A stretch of 61,409 bases of DNA from Candidatus Kerfeldbacteria bacterium CG08_land_8_20_14_0_20_40_16 (GCA_002774635.1 PEXU01000049.1:1-61409), one strand, 5' to 3'; positions 8,876 through 18,757 are shown, counted from the first letter of the stretch. The notes: generated from the sequence alone by a model not told the origin. Program-made: numbers and translations.

Positions 8876-9240
8876 GAAAGCAGGCAAATAAACCTAATTC
8901 ACTTTTCCTTGAGTTAAAATGAATCAGGATGGACATTTTCGCCTGCTTTTTGCTTTTTTGCCACCTTTCCCCTCCTTTTTGGGTAGGTGGAAAAAATGTA
9001 GAAAAAAAGCCCTTGCTCGGCTCAATTCAAAAGTGGTAAGATGGTTAAGAATTAGGAAGTTAGCTTGTAGCTGGTAGCTTGCGGAAGCAAGCCGCTAGCA
9101 ACCCTCCTTCCTAACTCTATAGCTCATTATTGTTCTATTGTTCTATTATTACGAACATGAAACAATAGGGCAATCAAGTAACCAAACAACTTAGTCTAAA
9201 AACCTACAAGCTACAAGCTAATTCCTACAAGCTAAACAAA

Positions 9241-10644
9241 ATGGCTAAAGAAACAACCGAGATAAGAGAAAACATCCCTCCTCATAATATCGAAGCAGAG
9301 CAAGCGGTTTTGGGCTCACTATTAATCGATAAGGATGCAATTGTTCGCATTGCCGATTTAGTGCATCCTGATGATTTTTATAAAGATGGACATCGGCTTA
9401 TCTTTGAAACCATGCTGGAACTGTACAATCAAAGGGAGCCGATTGACATTCTTAACCTCGCCAACCGTTTGACGGAAAAAGAATTGTTAGATTCTATTGG
9501 GGGTAGAAGCTACTTAATGAGTCTTGCCAATATTGTTCCAACGGCCAGCAACGTCGCCAATTATGCCAATATTGTCCAAAAAAAGGCAACGCTTAGAAGG
9601 TTAATTCAAAGCGCTCAACAGATTACCGGCTGGGGATACGAAGAAACGGAAGATATTAATATTATTTTGGATAAGGCCGAGCAAGCGCTTTTTAAGGTTT
9701 CACAAAAATATCTCAGACAAAATTTTATACCAATTAGGAGCGCTCTTACCGAGGCTTTTGACCGAATTGACGAACTACACCGAGAAGGCGGAAAATTACG
9801 AGGAATTCCGACCGGCTTTGTTGATTTAGATAATAAATTAGCCGGCCTTCAAAAATCCGATCTGATTATCATAGCTTCTCGCCCCAGCGTGGGAAAAACT
9901 TCACTGGCCTTGGATATTGTCCGACAAGTGGCCGTAAAATCAAAGATTCCGGTTGGAATCTTCAGCTTAGAAATGTCAAAAGAACAACTTGTAGATAGAA
10001 TGCTCTGTTCAGAAGCAAACGTCGATTTATGGAAAATGCGCACCGGCAAGCTCTCTGATCGGGAAGAAGACGACGATTTCCCCCGTATCGGCAATGCTAT
10101 AGGAGTATTATCCGAAGCGCCAATTTTTATTGATGATTCCGCCTCCTCTAATGTAATGGAGATAAGGACCAAGGCCAGAAGACTGCAAGCAGAGCAGGAT
10201 CTGGGCCTTCTGATTGTGGACTACCTCCAACTGATGGAGGGAGGAAGCACTTTCAAGGATAACCGTGTTCAGGAAATCGCCGAGATTACCCGTTCCTTAA
10301 AAGCGATTGCTCGGGAATTGAATATTCCGGTTATTGCTTTATCTCAGCTTTCTAGAGCAGTAGAATCCAGAAGTCCGTCTATTCCCAAGCTGGCGGATTT
10401 AAGAGAATCTGGGTCTATTGAGCAAGATGCCGATGTGGTAATATTCATCTATCGCGAGGTAATGGACAAAACGGTAAGAAGAGATGATTCAGAAAGAAGA
10501 AATATCGCCGAAATCCACATTGCTAAACACCGCAACGGTCCTACCGGAGTGATTGAACTGTTTTTTGACGAAGAAAAAGTGAGTTTTAAAAATCTTGCCA
10601 AAAAAATAGAAGAGGAAACAGTTACTGAATCTACTCCTTTTTAG
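9241..10644 (+). CDS. dnaB: Replicative DNA helicase
   Basis: PPHNIEAEQAVLG, ASRPSVGKT, DYLQL, SQLSR, DLRESGSIEQDAD, KHRNGPTG; no intein. Confidence 0.98.
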   Translation: MAKETTEIRENIPPHNIEAEQAVLGSLLIDKDAIVRIADLVHPDDFYKDGHRLIFETMLELYNQREPIDILNLANRLTEKELLDSIGGRSYLMSLANIVPTASNVANYANIVQKKATLRRLIQSAQQITGWGYEETEDINIILDKAEQALFKVSQKYLRQNFIPIRSALTEAFDRIDELHREGGKLRGIPTGFVDLDNKLAGLQKSDLIIIASRPSVGKTSLALDIVRQVAVKSKIPVGIFSLEMSKEQLVDRMLCSEANVDLWKMRTGKLSDREEDDDFPRIGNAIGVLSEAPIFIDDSASSNVMEIRTKARRLQAEQDLGLLIVDYLQLMEGGSTFKDNRVQEIAEITRSLKAIARELNIPVIALSQLSRAVESRSPSIPKLADLRESGSIEQDADVVIFIYREVMDKTVRRDDSERRNIAEIHIAKHRNGPTGVIELFFDEEKVSFKNLAKKIEEETVTESTPF

Positions 10645-10717
10645 GAATTAGGATTTGGGGTTTAGTTAAAAAACTCCAGGTACTAATCCCTACACCCTAA
10701 ACCCTAAACCCTATTTC

Positions 10718-11014
10718 ATGTTTAACAAACTTAAGCAAATCAAAGACTTAAGAGATCAAGCTAAAGAACTTCAAGGCCAGTTAGGCCAAGAGACTGTTTC
10801 TACCTCATCAGAAGAGGGGAAAATAAATCTGGTGATGGACGGCAATCAGCAGGTAGTGGGATTAGAAATTGATCCCCAACTCCTTAATATTGAGCAGAAG
10901 GAAACTCTGGAAAGAGGGCTAAAAGAGGCTTACAATGAAGCCGTTAAGAAAGTACAACGGATTATCGCTCAAAAAATCCAAGGCGGAAATTTCAACTTAC
11001 CAAATATTGGATAA
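10718..11014 (+). CDS. ybaB: YbaB/EbfC nucleoid-associated protein
   Basis: Size, sequence pattern and position upstream of recR. Confidence 0.85.
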   Translation: MFNKLKQIKDLRDQAKELQGQLGQETVSTSSEEGKINLVMDGNQQVVGLEIDPQLLNIEQKETLERGLKEAYNEAVKKVQRIIAQKIQGGNFNLPNIG

Positions 11015-11074
11015 CGGCAGATAGAAAGCGGATAAGGCTTAGTGATTTACAACTAACGACCTACGACCTACAAA

Positions 11075-11677
11075 ATGTCTAGATTTCCAGAAACAATTCA
11101 AAACCTGATCGAAGAATTTAATAAACTGCCGGGAATCGGACCCAAAACCTCGGAGCGGTTTATTTTTTATTTACTCAAACAGCCAACGGAAGAATTAGAT
11201 AAACTAGCGGAAAGAATAAAGCATCTAAAAGAAAAGATTACTACTTGCCCAATCTGCTACAACCTTACCGACACCACCCCCTGTGCTATCTGTTCCGATT
11301 CAAGAAGAGACCAAAAAACTATCTGCGTAGTTTCCGAAAGCCCAGATGTAATCGCAATTGAAAAAACAAGTAAGTACCAGGGCGTCTATCATGTTTTGGG
11401 TGGAGTAATCAACCAAATTGAGGGGATCGGCCCCGAGCAATTAAAAATCAAGGAATTAGTGAATAGAATCAAGAAAGACAGGATTAAAGAAATTATTCTG
11501 GCCACCAACCCTGATTTAGAAGGTGAATCAACCGCCCTTTACTTAGCGAGACTACTAAAACCAACGAAAATAAGAATAACCAGGATAGGAAGGGGGCTAC
11601 CGATGGGAAGCAATATTGAATACGCTGATGAGGTAACATTGGCTAATGCTCTCGCGGGAAGAGGAGAAATAAACTGA
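11075..11677 (+). CDS. recR: Recombination mediator RecR
   Basis: LPGIGPKT, C4 zinc finger, YHVLGG, ATNPDLEGE Toprim. Confidence 0.97.
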   Translation: MSRFPETIQNLIEEFNKLPGIGPKTSERFIFYLLKQPTEELDKLAERIKHLKEKITTCPICYNLTDTTPCAICSDSRRDQKTICVVSESPDVIAIEKTSKYQGVYHVLGGVINQIEGIGPEQLKIKELVNRIKKDRIKEIILATNPDLEGESTALYLARLLKPTKIRITRIGRGLPMGSNIEYADEVTLANALAGRGEIN

Positions 11678-11686
11678 CGATAAATC

Positions 11687-11723
11687 AAAGAAGGTGAACA
11701 AGCGCTTGTTCACCTTCTTTTTG
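11687..11723. terminator. Bidirectional terminator between the convergent recR and rplU
   Basis: Perfect palindrome AAAGAAGGTGAACAAGC|GCTTGTTCACCTTCTTT followed by Ts. Confidence 0.75.
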
Positions 11724-11737
11724 TTCCGGCAATTTTT

Positions 11738-12055
11738 CTAAGCGCTAATCTTTTCGATTCTTAATTTAGTATACCACTGGCGGTGCCCCCTTTTTCTTCG
11801 ATACCGGACTTTGGATTTATACTTAATAACCATTATTTTCTTATCCTTTTTTTCTTCCAGCACCTTAGCGGTAACCTCGGCTCCTTTTACTTTAGGAGTA
11901 CCAACTGATACTTTTTTTGCTGCTTCATCTGATACCAAGAGCACGTCTTTAAAAACTACCTCGTTTCCCTCTTTTTTGCCAAGTTTTTCCACCTTAATAA
12001 TATCTTTTTCTTTTACCTTATATTGTTTTCCTCCGGTTTTGATGATTGCAATCAT
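11738..12055 (-). CDS. rplU: 50S ribosomal protein bL21
   Basis: IIKTGGKQYKV, GHRQWYT. Confidence 0.97.
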   Translation of the reverse strand: MIAIIKTGGKQYKVKEKDIIKVEKLGKKEGNEVVFKDVLLVSDEAAKKVSVGTPKVKGAEVTAKVLEEKKDKKIMVIKYKSKVRYRRKRGHRQWYTKLRIEKISA

Positions 12056-12081
12056 AAATTTATTTCAGTTAGTTTAAAATA

Positions 12082-12110
12082 ATTCTAATCTTTCATTTCA
12101 CTTTTGTCAA
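12082..12110 (-). promoter_or_regulatory. Sigma70-type promoter of rplU
   Basis: TTGACA-17 nt-TAGAAT on the minus strand. Confidence 0.7.
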
Positions 12111-12120
12111 TCGCATCACT

Positions 12121-13233
12121 TCAAGTCAAGCTTCCCTTGTTCTTTTTGTAACGGTAAACCAGTACCAAAGAAATAGCCAATGTCAGCATTATAATTAGTA
12201 AAACGATTAGAGCCGCCAATTTCCCTTTGGTTTTCAAAAACAATGATGTAACTCCAAATAAAAGAGTCACTAAATATAAAAACAGTACCGCTTGTCGGTG
12301 CGACAATCCAATATCCAGTAATCTAAAATGAAGGTGCTTTTTATCTCCCCAGAAAGGAGATTTTTTTTCCTTGAGCACTCTTCTCAAAACCACCCAAATT
12401 GCGTCCAAAATAGGAATACCCATTATCAATAAAGCTGTGGCAATTTTGGCTCCGCTAATAATCGCTAATACTCCCAGCATAAATCCGATAAAAGTGGATC
12501 CTCCTTCTCCTAGAAAAATGCGTGCCGGGTGAAAGCTAAAGAAAATAAAACCTAATAAAGCTCCCCCCAAAATAATAGAGACCAATGCTGTTTCTGGTTG
12601 GGCAACTGTTTTTGTCAGACTTAAGACAAATATCACAAATGAACCAATCGCTCCTACCCCTGGCACCAATCCATCTAATCCATCTAGGAACTTGGTTGTG
12701 TAAACCATTAATAGAAGCCAGATAAATACCAAAAGATCAGCCCATAACGTAAAGTAATAAGGAATTCCCCCAATATTAAATAGTTCTATTTTCACTGTAT
12801 CGAGATATAAAGTTCCGCCAAAGGGATTAGTAATATAGGGGATGCCGATTCCGGAAGCAACAATTACCAATGAAGCTATTAAAGGCCAGATAATCTGTTT
12901 CTGGGGTTTTAAATCGTATTTATCATCTAAATAACCGCCTACCATTAATAAAGTACCGGCCAAGATAATTCCCATAATATGTTTGAGTAACATATAGCCG
13001 CCTAAAATACGATCGGTGAAAAAAGTGTAAAAAAGCAATACTATAGAAAAACTCAAAAAAATAGCTATTCCTCCCAATAAAGGAACTGATTTACTCTGTA
13101 TTTTTCTTTCCGGATAAATATGAGGATCATCTACGATATTTCTATTTAAAGCAAAACGTCTGACCAATGGTGTCATTAAAACCGTTATCAAAAACGCTGC
13201 TAAAAATGGAATAAGATAAAATTGATAATTCAT
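12121..13233 (-). CDS. Polyprenyl-phosphate HexNAc-1-phosphate transferase (WecA/TagO/MraY family)
   Basis: GYLDDK, FLDGLDGL, PARIFLGEGGS, DKKHLHFRL; about 11 TMs. Confidence 0.88.
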   Translation of the reverse strand: MNYQFYLIPFLAAFLITVLMTPLVRRFALNRNIVDDPHIYPERKIQSKSVPLLGGIAIFLSFSIVLLFYTFFTDRILGGYMLLKHIMGIILAGTLLMVGGYLDDKYDLKPQKQIIWPLIASLVIVASGIGIPYITNPFGGTLYLDTVKIELFNIGGIPYYFTLWADLLVFIWLLLMVYTTKFLDGLDGLVPGVGAIGSFVIFVLSLTKTVAQPETALVSIILGGALLGFIFFSFHPARIFLGEGGSTFIGFMLGVLAIISGAKIATALLIMGIPILDAIWVVLRRVLKEKKSPFWGDKKHLHFRLLDIGLSHRQAVLFLYLVTLLFGVTSLFLKTKGKLAALIVLLIIMLTLAISLVLVYRYKKNKGSLT

Positions 13234-13646
13234 TGATTATTTTGTCTGTCTAAGTATCCTTGTAAAATTAATATGGCCGACTGCTGGTCAATGGCCTCTT
13301 TTTTTTTGGCTTTTTTTGAAGGGTTATCTCTAAGAAGACGGCTGGACAGCCTGCTGGTTAATCTTTCATCCTCTAATTCCACCGGCAGATTTAAATAAGA
13401 GTTCAATTTGTTGGCAAAATCCTCACATTCTTTCGCTTTTTTTTCTCTTTCTCCCTTTAGATTCAAAGGTAAGCCAACTATAATTTTCTCTACTTTTTCT
13501 TGCTGGACAATTATTTTTAGGTTATCAAAAACAAAAAATTTATTTCTGTTCTCAAGGACTTGATAAGGAAAAGCATATTTCCCTTTCTCGTCAGAGATGG
13601 CGATTCCGATTCTTTTTTTTCCATAATCTAGGCCTAAAATGCGCAT
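13230..13646 (-). CDS. ruvX: YqgF/RuvX pre-16S rRNA nuclease
   Basis: MRILGLDYGKKRIGIAISD, VGLP, DERLTS, IDQQSAILIL; start moved to ATG 13646. Confidence 0.93.
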   Translation of the reverse strand: MRILGLDYGKKRIGIAISDEKGKYAFPYQVLENRNKFFVFDNLKIIVQQEKVEKIIVGLPLNLKGEREKKAKECEDFANKLNSYLNLPVELEDERLTSRLSSRLLRDNPSKKAKKKEAIDQQSAILILQGYLDRQNNQ

Positions 13647-13651
13647 AGGGA

Positions 13652-13680
13652 TTGACAAAATTTTAATAATAGTATATAAT
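13652..13680 (+). promoter_or_regulatory. Consensus sigma70 promoter of the Mpv17-like gene
   Basis: TTGACA-17 nt-TATAAT; a GGAGGT Shine-Dalgarno precedes ATG 13749. Confidence 0.75.
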
Positions 13681-13748
13681 TGTTTGTTAAATTGATCTTT
13701 TGACATAAACAATAACAAACAAGAAGGTTAGGAAAGGAGGTTTCTTTA

Positions 13749-14425
13749 ATGAAACCTATACTTTGGTGGATCTCTGCTGTATTTCTCATTCTCGTATTGC
13801 TATCCATCTTCTCTGGCCTGGGTTCTGTCCTGGTTGAATGGTTCAGAACGTACTCATTGATTTTGTACGCATATCCTCTTCAGACAAAAATCATAACCGC
13901 TCTGATTCTTAGTCTGATGGGAGACATTCTGGCTCAGAAGATAGAAAGAAGAAAGAAGATTCCCGGAGAGAGAAGAATAGACAAGAGAAGACTCGCTTAC
14001 GTTCCTTTACTCCTCATGACTCTAAACGGCTTTCTGGCTCACTTCTGGTTCGGTCTTTTGGAACTTCTGATGCCGGGGGCAAGCTTTAGTCACGCCGCTT
14101 CAAAAGTCATCATCCACGCCATCATTTGGACACCTTTCTTCCATTTCCTGAACTTCTCGGGTATGATATTCTTTTCTAAGAAATCCATCCGAGAAGCTTT
14201 TTCCAGAGGAATTCTCAAAGAGTTCGGCGAAAAATACGCCGTGCTTTTTGGCCGACCTACAAGAGAGACCTTTTACTCTGGACAGGAATAGTAAATCCGA
14301 TCAGCTTCTTTTTACTGCCTCTGGACTTCAGGCCCATTCTCGCTGCTTTGGTTTGCATCCCCTGGATTGCCTACTTATCTTGGGTTGGACACCAAACTGC
14401 GAACCGTACCCCAGCTACTTCTTAG
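13749..14425 (+). pseudogene. Mpv17/PMP22-family membrane protein, frameshifted at a T5 tract (14245-14249)
   Basis: First frame: PLQTKIITA..GDILAQ..HFWFGLLE..KVII..IWTP. The -1 frame continues FWPTY..W..NPISFFLLPLDFRPIL..PWIAYLSW to TAG 14423-14425. Confidence 0.75.
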
Positions 14426-14496
14426 AGAAATCTAAGCATTAGCTGGGGTTCTTCATTAATTGTAAATATTTCATTTTCAAAAGACAAATTTTCTAA

Positions 14497-15264
14497 CTAT
14501 AAAGGAGTTAAAATCTCACAACCGTTTTTGGTTACAGCTACTGTATGTTCAAAATGAGCCGACACAGAATTATCCTTGGTAATGATTTTCCAGCCGTCTG
14601 GCGCTGTTTCCACTTCACTTCCACCCAGATTAACCATCGGTTCAATAGCAATGGTCATACCCTCTTTTAATTCTGTTCCGGTATGCGGTTCTCCGAAATT
14701 TGGTATTCTCGGCTCCTCGTGAACGTTTTTTCCTATTCCATGCCCCACCAGTTGAGTTACCACGGAAAATCCCTGTTTTGCAACATATTTTTGGATGGCG
14801 GCGCCGATATCACCGGTATATCCCCCTTCTTTCACTTTTTTTATTCCGATGGAAAGCGCTTTCCTGGTCACTTGAATCAGTTTTTCCTTTTCAGAAGAAA
14901 TTCTACCAATGCCGACTGTTCGCGCCATATCAGTACAAAATCCTTTATAGCGCACCCCGGCGTCAATCCCGATAATATCTCCTTTTTTCAAAATTCTGTT
15001 TGCACTGGGAATGGTATGCACCACTTCTTCGTTGAGGGAAGTGCAAATCGAAGCAGGATAAGGATTATCTTCGGAATGGGATTGGTATCCCAGAAAGGCG
15101 GGTTCTCCTCCTAACTGGCGAATAAGCTTCTCGGCTAGTAAATCAAGCTCTTTAGTAGAAATGCCCGGTTTCGCTGCATTAACCACTTTTTTCAGCACCG
15201 TTGCCAAAATCTTTCCCCCTTCCTGCATAACTTTTATTTCCCGTTGATTCTTGATAGTAATCAT
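14497..15264 (-). CDS. map: Methionine aminopeptidase type I
   Basis: SLNEEVVH, GHGIG..HEEP, AIEPM, SAHFEHT. Confidence 0.97.
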   Translation of the reverse strand: MITIKNQREIKVMQEGGKILATVLKKVVNAAKPGISTKELDLLAEKLIRQLGGEPAFLGYQSHSEDNPYPASICTSLNEEVVHTIPSANRILKKGDIIGIDAGVRYKGFCTDMARTVGIGRISSEKEKLIQVTRKALSIGIKKVKEGGYTGDIGAAIQKYVAKQGFSVVTQLVGHGIGKNVHEEPRIPNFGEPHTGTELKEGMTIAIEPMVNLGGSEVETAPDGWKIITKDNSVSAHFEHTVAVTKNGCEILTPL

Positions 15265-15929
15265 TCCTTAATAAAATCACTCTTGTTTATTTTTTGAAAT
15301 ATTTCCTCTTTTACCGCCGGGATACTCTGCTCACCATTAATCCTGATCAAAATTTTTTGCTTCCAATATCTTTTTAAAAGGATTTCGGTATTCTGATGAT
15401 AGATTGCTAAGCGCTGTCTGGTTATTTCCTCTTGATCATCCTTTCTTTGAAACAGCTTCTTGCCGCATTGATCACAAATTCCTTGCTGTTGGGGGGGATT
15501 AAAATCGATATGGTAAGTCATACCGCAAGCGCAAACTCTTCGGCCAGATATTCGGCGAATCGACTCTTTATCCGAAATAGCAATTTCAAAGACCGCATCA
15601 ATTTTAGCCATCTTATCCAAAGCTTCGGCTTGTATTTCGTTCCGAGGATAACCGTCTAAAACGAATCCTTCTTGAGCATCTTTCTCCTTTAAACGTTTCG
15701 CCACCAATTGATTAGTTATTTTATCAGGCACCAATTTTCCTTTAAAACTATACTGACTCGCCAATTTCCCCAATTCTGTTTGCTCTTCAATATTCTGGCG
15801 ATAGATATTACCAGTAGAAATCCAGGGGATGCCCAGTTCTTTAGAAAGAAATTCCGCTTGAGTTCCTTTACCGGAACCTTGAGGACCGAAGATCACTATT
15901 TTTCTAATTGATGTTTTTAGCTTGGTCAT
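15261..15929 (-). CDS. adk: Adenylate kinase (Zn-lid type)
   Basis: GPQGSGKGTQA, LDGYPR, lid cysteines. Confidence 0.96.
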   Translation of the reverse strand: MTKLKTSIRKIVIFGPQGSGKGTQAEFLSKELGIPWISTGNIYRQNIEEQTELGKLASQYSFKGKLVPDKITNQLVAKRLKEKDAQEGFVLDGYPRNEIQAEALDKMAKIDAVFEIAISDKESIRRISGRRVCACGMTYHIDFNPPQQQGICDQCGKKLFQRKDDQEEITRQRLAIYHQNTEILLKRYWKQKILIRINGEQSIPAVKEEIFQKINKSDFIKE

Positions 15930-16011
15930 ATCTGAATTATAACGATTTATGTTCTAAAAACAAAGTCCGAGGAGCATTCCTCGGTACAATCTAGCTTAAT
16001 TATTTTCATTT

Positions 16012-17328
16012 TCAAAACCCTTCATATTCTCTCATCACCAACTTTGATTCTACTTGTTTCACAGTTTCTAATACCACGCTAACCACAATCAAAAGACTGG
16101 TTCCTCCTAATATCAAAGTTTGAATATTGGTTGCCGCTTGCATAATGTATGGTAGAACGGCAATCACTCCTAAAAATAACGCGCCGGTTAATAGAATTCT
16201 GTTTGATACATAATTTAAGTAAGCAGCAGTGGGCCGGCCTGGCCGGATGCCCGGAACAAATCCTCCTTGTTTTTGAAGGTTTTCTGAAATCTGATCCGGG
16301 TGAAAAATAACAGCGGTGTAAAAATAAGTAAAAGCCACCACAAAAATGAAGTAAATCAATCCATAATAAAACTGGTTGTTAAAGAGATTGATGACTGCTT
16401 GCGAAACCGTTGCGATCCAAGCCGTAGAAGAATTGGCAAAAAACCGAGCAACCATAGAAGGAATCAACACAATGGAAATAGCGAAGATAATGGGAATAAC
16501 CCCAGCCTGATTAACTCTAAGCGGCAAATGAGTGTTAACTCCGCCGTAAACCTTATTCCCCCTGATCCGACGCGCATAGGAAACCGGGATGTTCCTTTGT
16601 CCCTCCGTAATAATTACCACTCCTCCGATGGTAATAATAGCTATGATTATAAAGATTAAATAAGTAAAAATCTTACTGGGATCAAAAACAGCAAACGTTT
16701 GTTGAAGAGAGCGCGGAAGACCGGCTATAATTCCAGCAAAGATTAGTAAGCTGATTCCGTTTCCAATTCCTTTTTCAGAAATAAGTTCTCCTAGCCACAT
16801 GAGGAAAATACTGCCCGCTGCAATCATAATGATTGCTGAAGCAAGCTGGAATAGACTAATATCACCAATAACCCCACCCGGAACGCCCGCCCCCACGGCA
16901 AAACTCTGACCACTTCTTTTTAATAAAGTAATTGTGGCATAGGCTTGCATGGCGGCCAGCGGTACAGTTAGGATCCGAGTGTACTGATTGATTTTTGCCC
17001 GGCCTGATTCTCCTTCTTTCTGTAGTTCTTCTAACCGCGGAATAATCATGGCCAACAACTGAAAAATAATAGAAGCGGTAATATAAGGCCCTAATCCCAA
17101 CATCACTACTGAGAAATTTTCTAAGGCTCCACCGGAAAAAAGATTTAAAAGTCCTAATACTTGATTAGATCCTAAAAAGTTTTTTAGGTTTTCAACATCC
17201 ACTCCCGGGACAGGGACATGCGCCGCTATTCTAAATACTAATAACAAACCCAGGATATAAAGAATTTTATTTCTGATATCCTTGACTTTCCAAAGTTGAG
17301 TTATTTTTTCAATAACCTTCCCAGCCAT
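16012..17328 (-). CDS. secY: Preprotein translocase subunit SecY
   Basis: PYITASII, GIGNGISLLIF, AGVIPIIFA, PGIRPG, GGTSLLIVV. Confidence 0.98.
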   Translation of the reverse strand: MAGKVIEKITQLWKVKDIRNKILYILGLLLVFRIAAHVPVPGVDVENLKNFLGSNQVLGLLNLFSGGALENFSVVMLGLGPYITASIIFQLLAMIIPRLEELQKEGESGRAKINQYTRILTVPLAAMQAYATITLLKRSGQSFAVGAGVPGGVIGDISLFQLASAIIMIAAGSIFLMWLGELISEKGIGNGISLLIFAGIIAGLPRSLQQTFAVFDPSKIFTYLIFIIIAIITIGGVVIITEGQRNIPVSYARRIRGNKVYGGVNTHLPLRVNQAGVIPIIFAISIVLIPSMVARFFANSSTAWIATVSQAVINLFNNQFYYGLIYFIFVVAFTYFYTAVIFHPDQISENLQKQGGFVPGIRPGRPTAAYLNYVSNRILLTGALFLGVIAVLPYIMQAATNIQTLILGGTSLLIVVSVVLETVKQVESKLVMREYEGF

Positions 17329-17333
17329 TACTT

Positions 17334-17834
17334 TTACTTTTTGTTATCTAATTTTTTCTTATTCTCTCTATCAGGTGCTTTTTTGATGATATTAACAGCT
17401 CCACCTGCCTTTTTTATAGCATCTTCTGCGGATTTAGAAAAGCGGTGGGCGGTAACTATAAATTTTTTCTTTAATTCCCCACCTCCTAATACCTTGAGTT
17501 CATTGCCGTTATTAGCAACTAATTCAGAATTTAGAAGTTTTTTTAGATTAATAGTTTCTCCATCTGAAAAGTAATTGTTCAATTGACCAATGTTGACAAT
17601 ATTCATTTTCGGACTAATACTCTTGAATCCTCTTGCTTTCGGGATCTGGCTAATAAAAGCGGGCGACTTTTTGCCTCGATGTCCGGCCTTGCGGCGGCCG
17701 CCGGAACGAGATTTCTGTCCTTTTTGTCCTCTGCCTCCATAAGTTCCGCCCTTACTAGAATTTCCTCGTCCTACTCTTTTTTTTCTTTTTTGAGAAGAGG
17801 GATGTGATTTAAGTTGTGATAACGATAATGCCAT
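17334..17834 (-). CDS. rplO: 50S ribosomal protein uL15
   Basis: RVGRG, GRGQKGQKSRSG, FSKSA..I..AGG. Confidence 0.95.
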   Translation of the reverse strand: MALSLSQLKSHPSSQKRKKRVGRGNSSKGGTYGGRGQKGQKSRSGGRRKAGHRGKKSPAFISQIPKARGFKSISPKMNIVNIGQLNNYFSDGETINLKKLLNSELVANNGNELKVLGGGELKKKFIVTAHRFSKSAEDAIKKAGGAVNIIKKAPDRENKKKLDNKK

Positions 17835-17837
17835 TTT

Positions 17838-18344
17838 TTAACTTGCTTGTCTTATTTTATTGATCTCTTCTGGGGTTCTTATTTTAGTTAAAGCAATAAT
17901 AGTGGCCCTTACATTATTGATTTTATTCTTAGATCCCTGCATTTTACTGACTATGTTTTTAATCCCAGCCAACTCTAACACTGCTCTTACGGGACCCCCG
18001 GCAATAATTCCTCTTCCTGGCGGGGCAGGTTTCAAAAAGACTTTGGCGCCACCGGATTTCTCTTTTATAATATAAGGAATGGTATCATTGATTATTTTTA
18101 CTTTGATCAGATTCTTTTTTGCCGCGGTAACTGCCTTATTAACCGCCATTGACACGTCGGCTCCTTTTTTAATTCCCATTCCTACTCGTCCTTTTTGATC
18201 GCCTATCACTACACAAGCCCGAAAACTCATTCTTTTCCCGCCTGCTTGAACCCTGGTTACTCGAGAAATTTCAATTATTTTTTGTTCAAATTCATCCTTA
18301 GAAAGTTCTCTCATCGCTGATTTTCTTGTCTTTTTATAGATCAT
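17838..18344 (-). CDS. rpsE: 30S ribosomal protein uS5
   Basis: ISRVTRVQAGGKRMSF, GIIAGG. Confidence 0.96.
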   Translation of the reverse strand: MIYKKTRKSAMRELSKDEFEQKIIEISRVTRVQAGGKRMSFRACVVIGDQKGRVGMGIKKGADVSMAVNKAVTAAKKNLIKVKIINDTIPYIIKEKSGGAKVFLKPAPPGRGIIAGGPVRAVLELAGIKNIVSKMQGSKNKINNVRATIIALTKIRTPEEINKIRQAS

Positions 18345-18362
18345 ATTTAGTTGCCTAATGAT

Positions 18363-18728
18363 TTAAAATTTAAGTCCCCCTTCTTTTGCTCCTTCCGCTA
18401 ACGCTTTTATTCTGCCATGGTAAGTAAATCCTCCTCGATCAAAGACCACCCGTTTTATTTTTTTTGCCAGGGCCTTTTGGGCAGCTAGCTTTCCTACTGC
18501 TTTAGCGACTACTTCTTTTCTTTCTTTCTGATTTTTCTTCGTCAATTCACTATCACTAGCACTTACCAAAGTTTTTGCTTTTTGATCATCGATTATTTGA
18601 ACATAGATATGGTTAAGACTACGATATACAGAAAATCGAGGGCATTTCACTATCCCCTGAATTTTGGTGCGAATTCTCTTTTTTCTCCTTTCTCTTTGAA
18701 ATTGTTTCTTCTTTTGAGGGTTAGACAT
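18363..18728 (-). CDS. rplR: 50S ribosomal protein uL18
   Basis: [21 protein letters not shown]. Confidence 0.96.
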   Translation of the reverse strand: MSNPQKKKQFQRERRKKRIRTKIQGIVKCPRFSVYRSLNHIYVQIIDDQKAKTLVSASDSELTKKNQKERKEVVAKAVGKLAAQKALAKKIKRVVFDRGGFTYHGRIKALAEGAKEGGLKF

Positions 18729-18757
18729 AATTTGCTATTTGAAGTATCTTATCTACT

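Noticed and set aside
9052..9113. SRP RNA, suggested by a GGAA tetraloop hairpin
   Set aside because: Lacks the conserved CAGG/AGCA internal loop of SRP domain IV; explained by the heptamer inverted array
11687..11720. Perfect 34-bp palindrome as a recombination site or telomere
   Set aside because: Position between convergent genes and A/T-rich ends fit an ordinary bidirectional terminator
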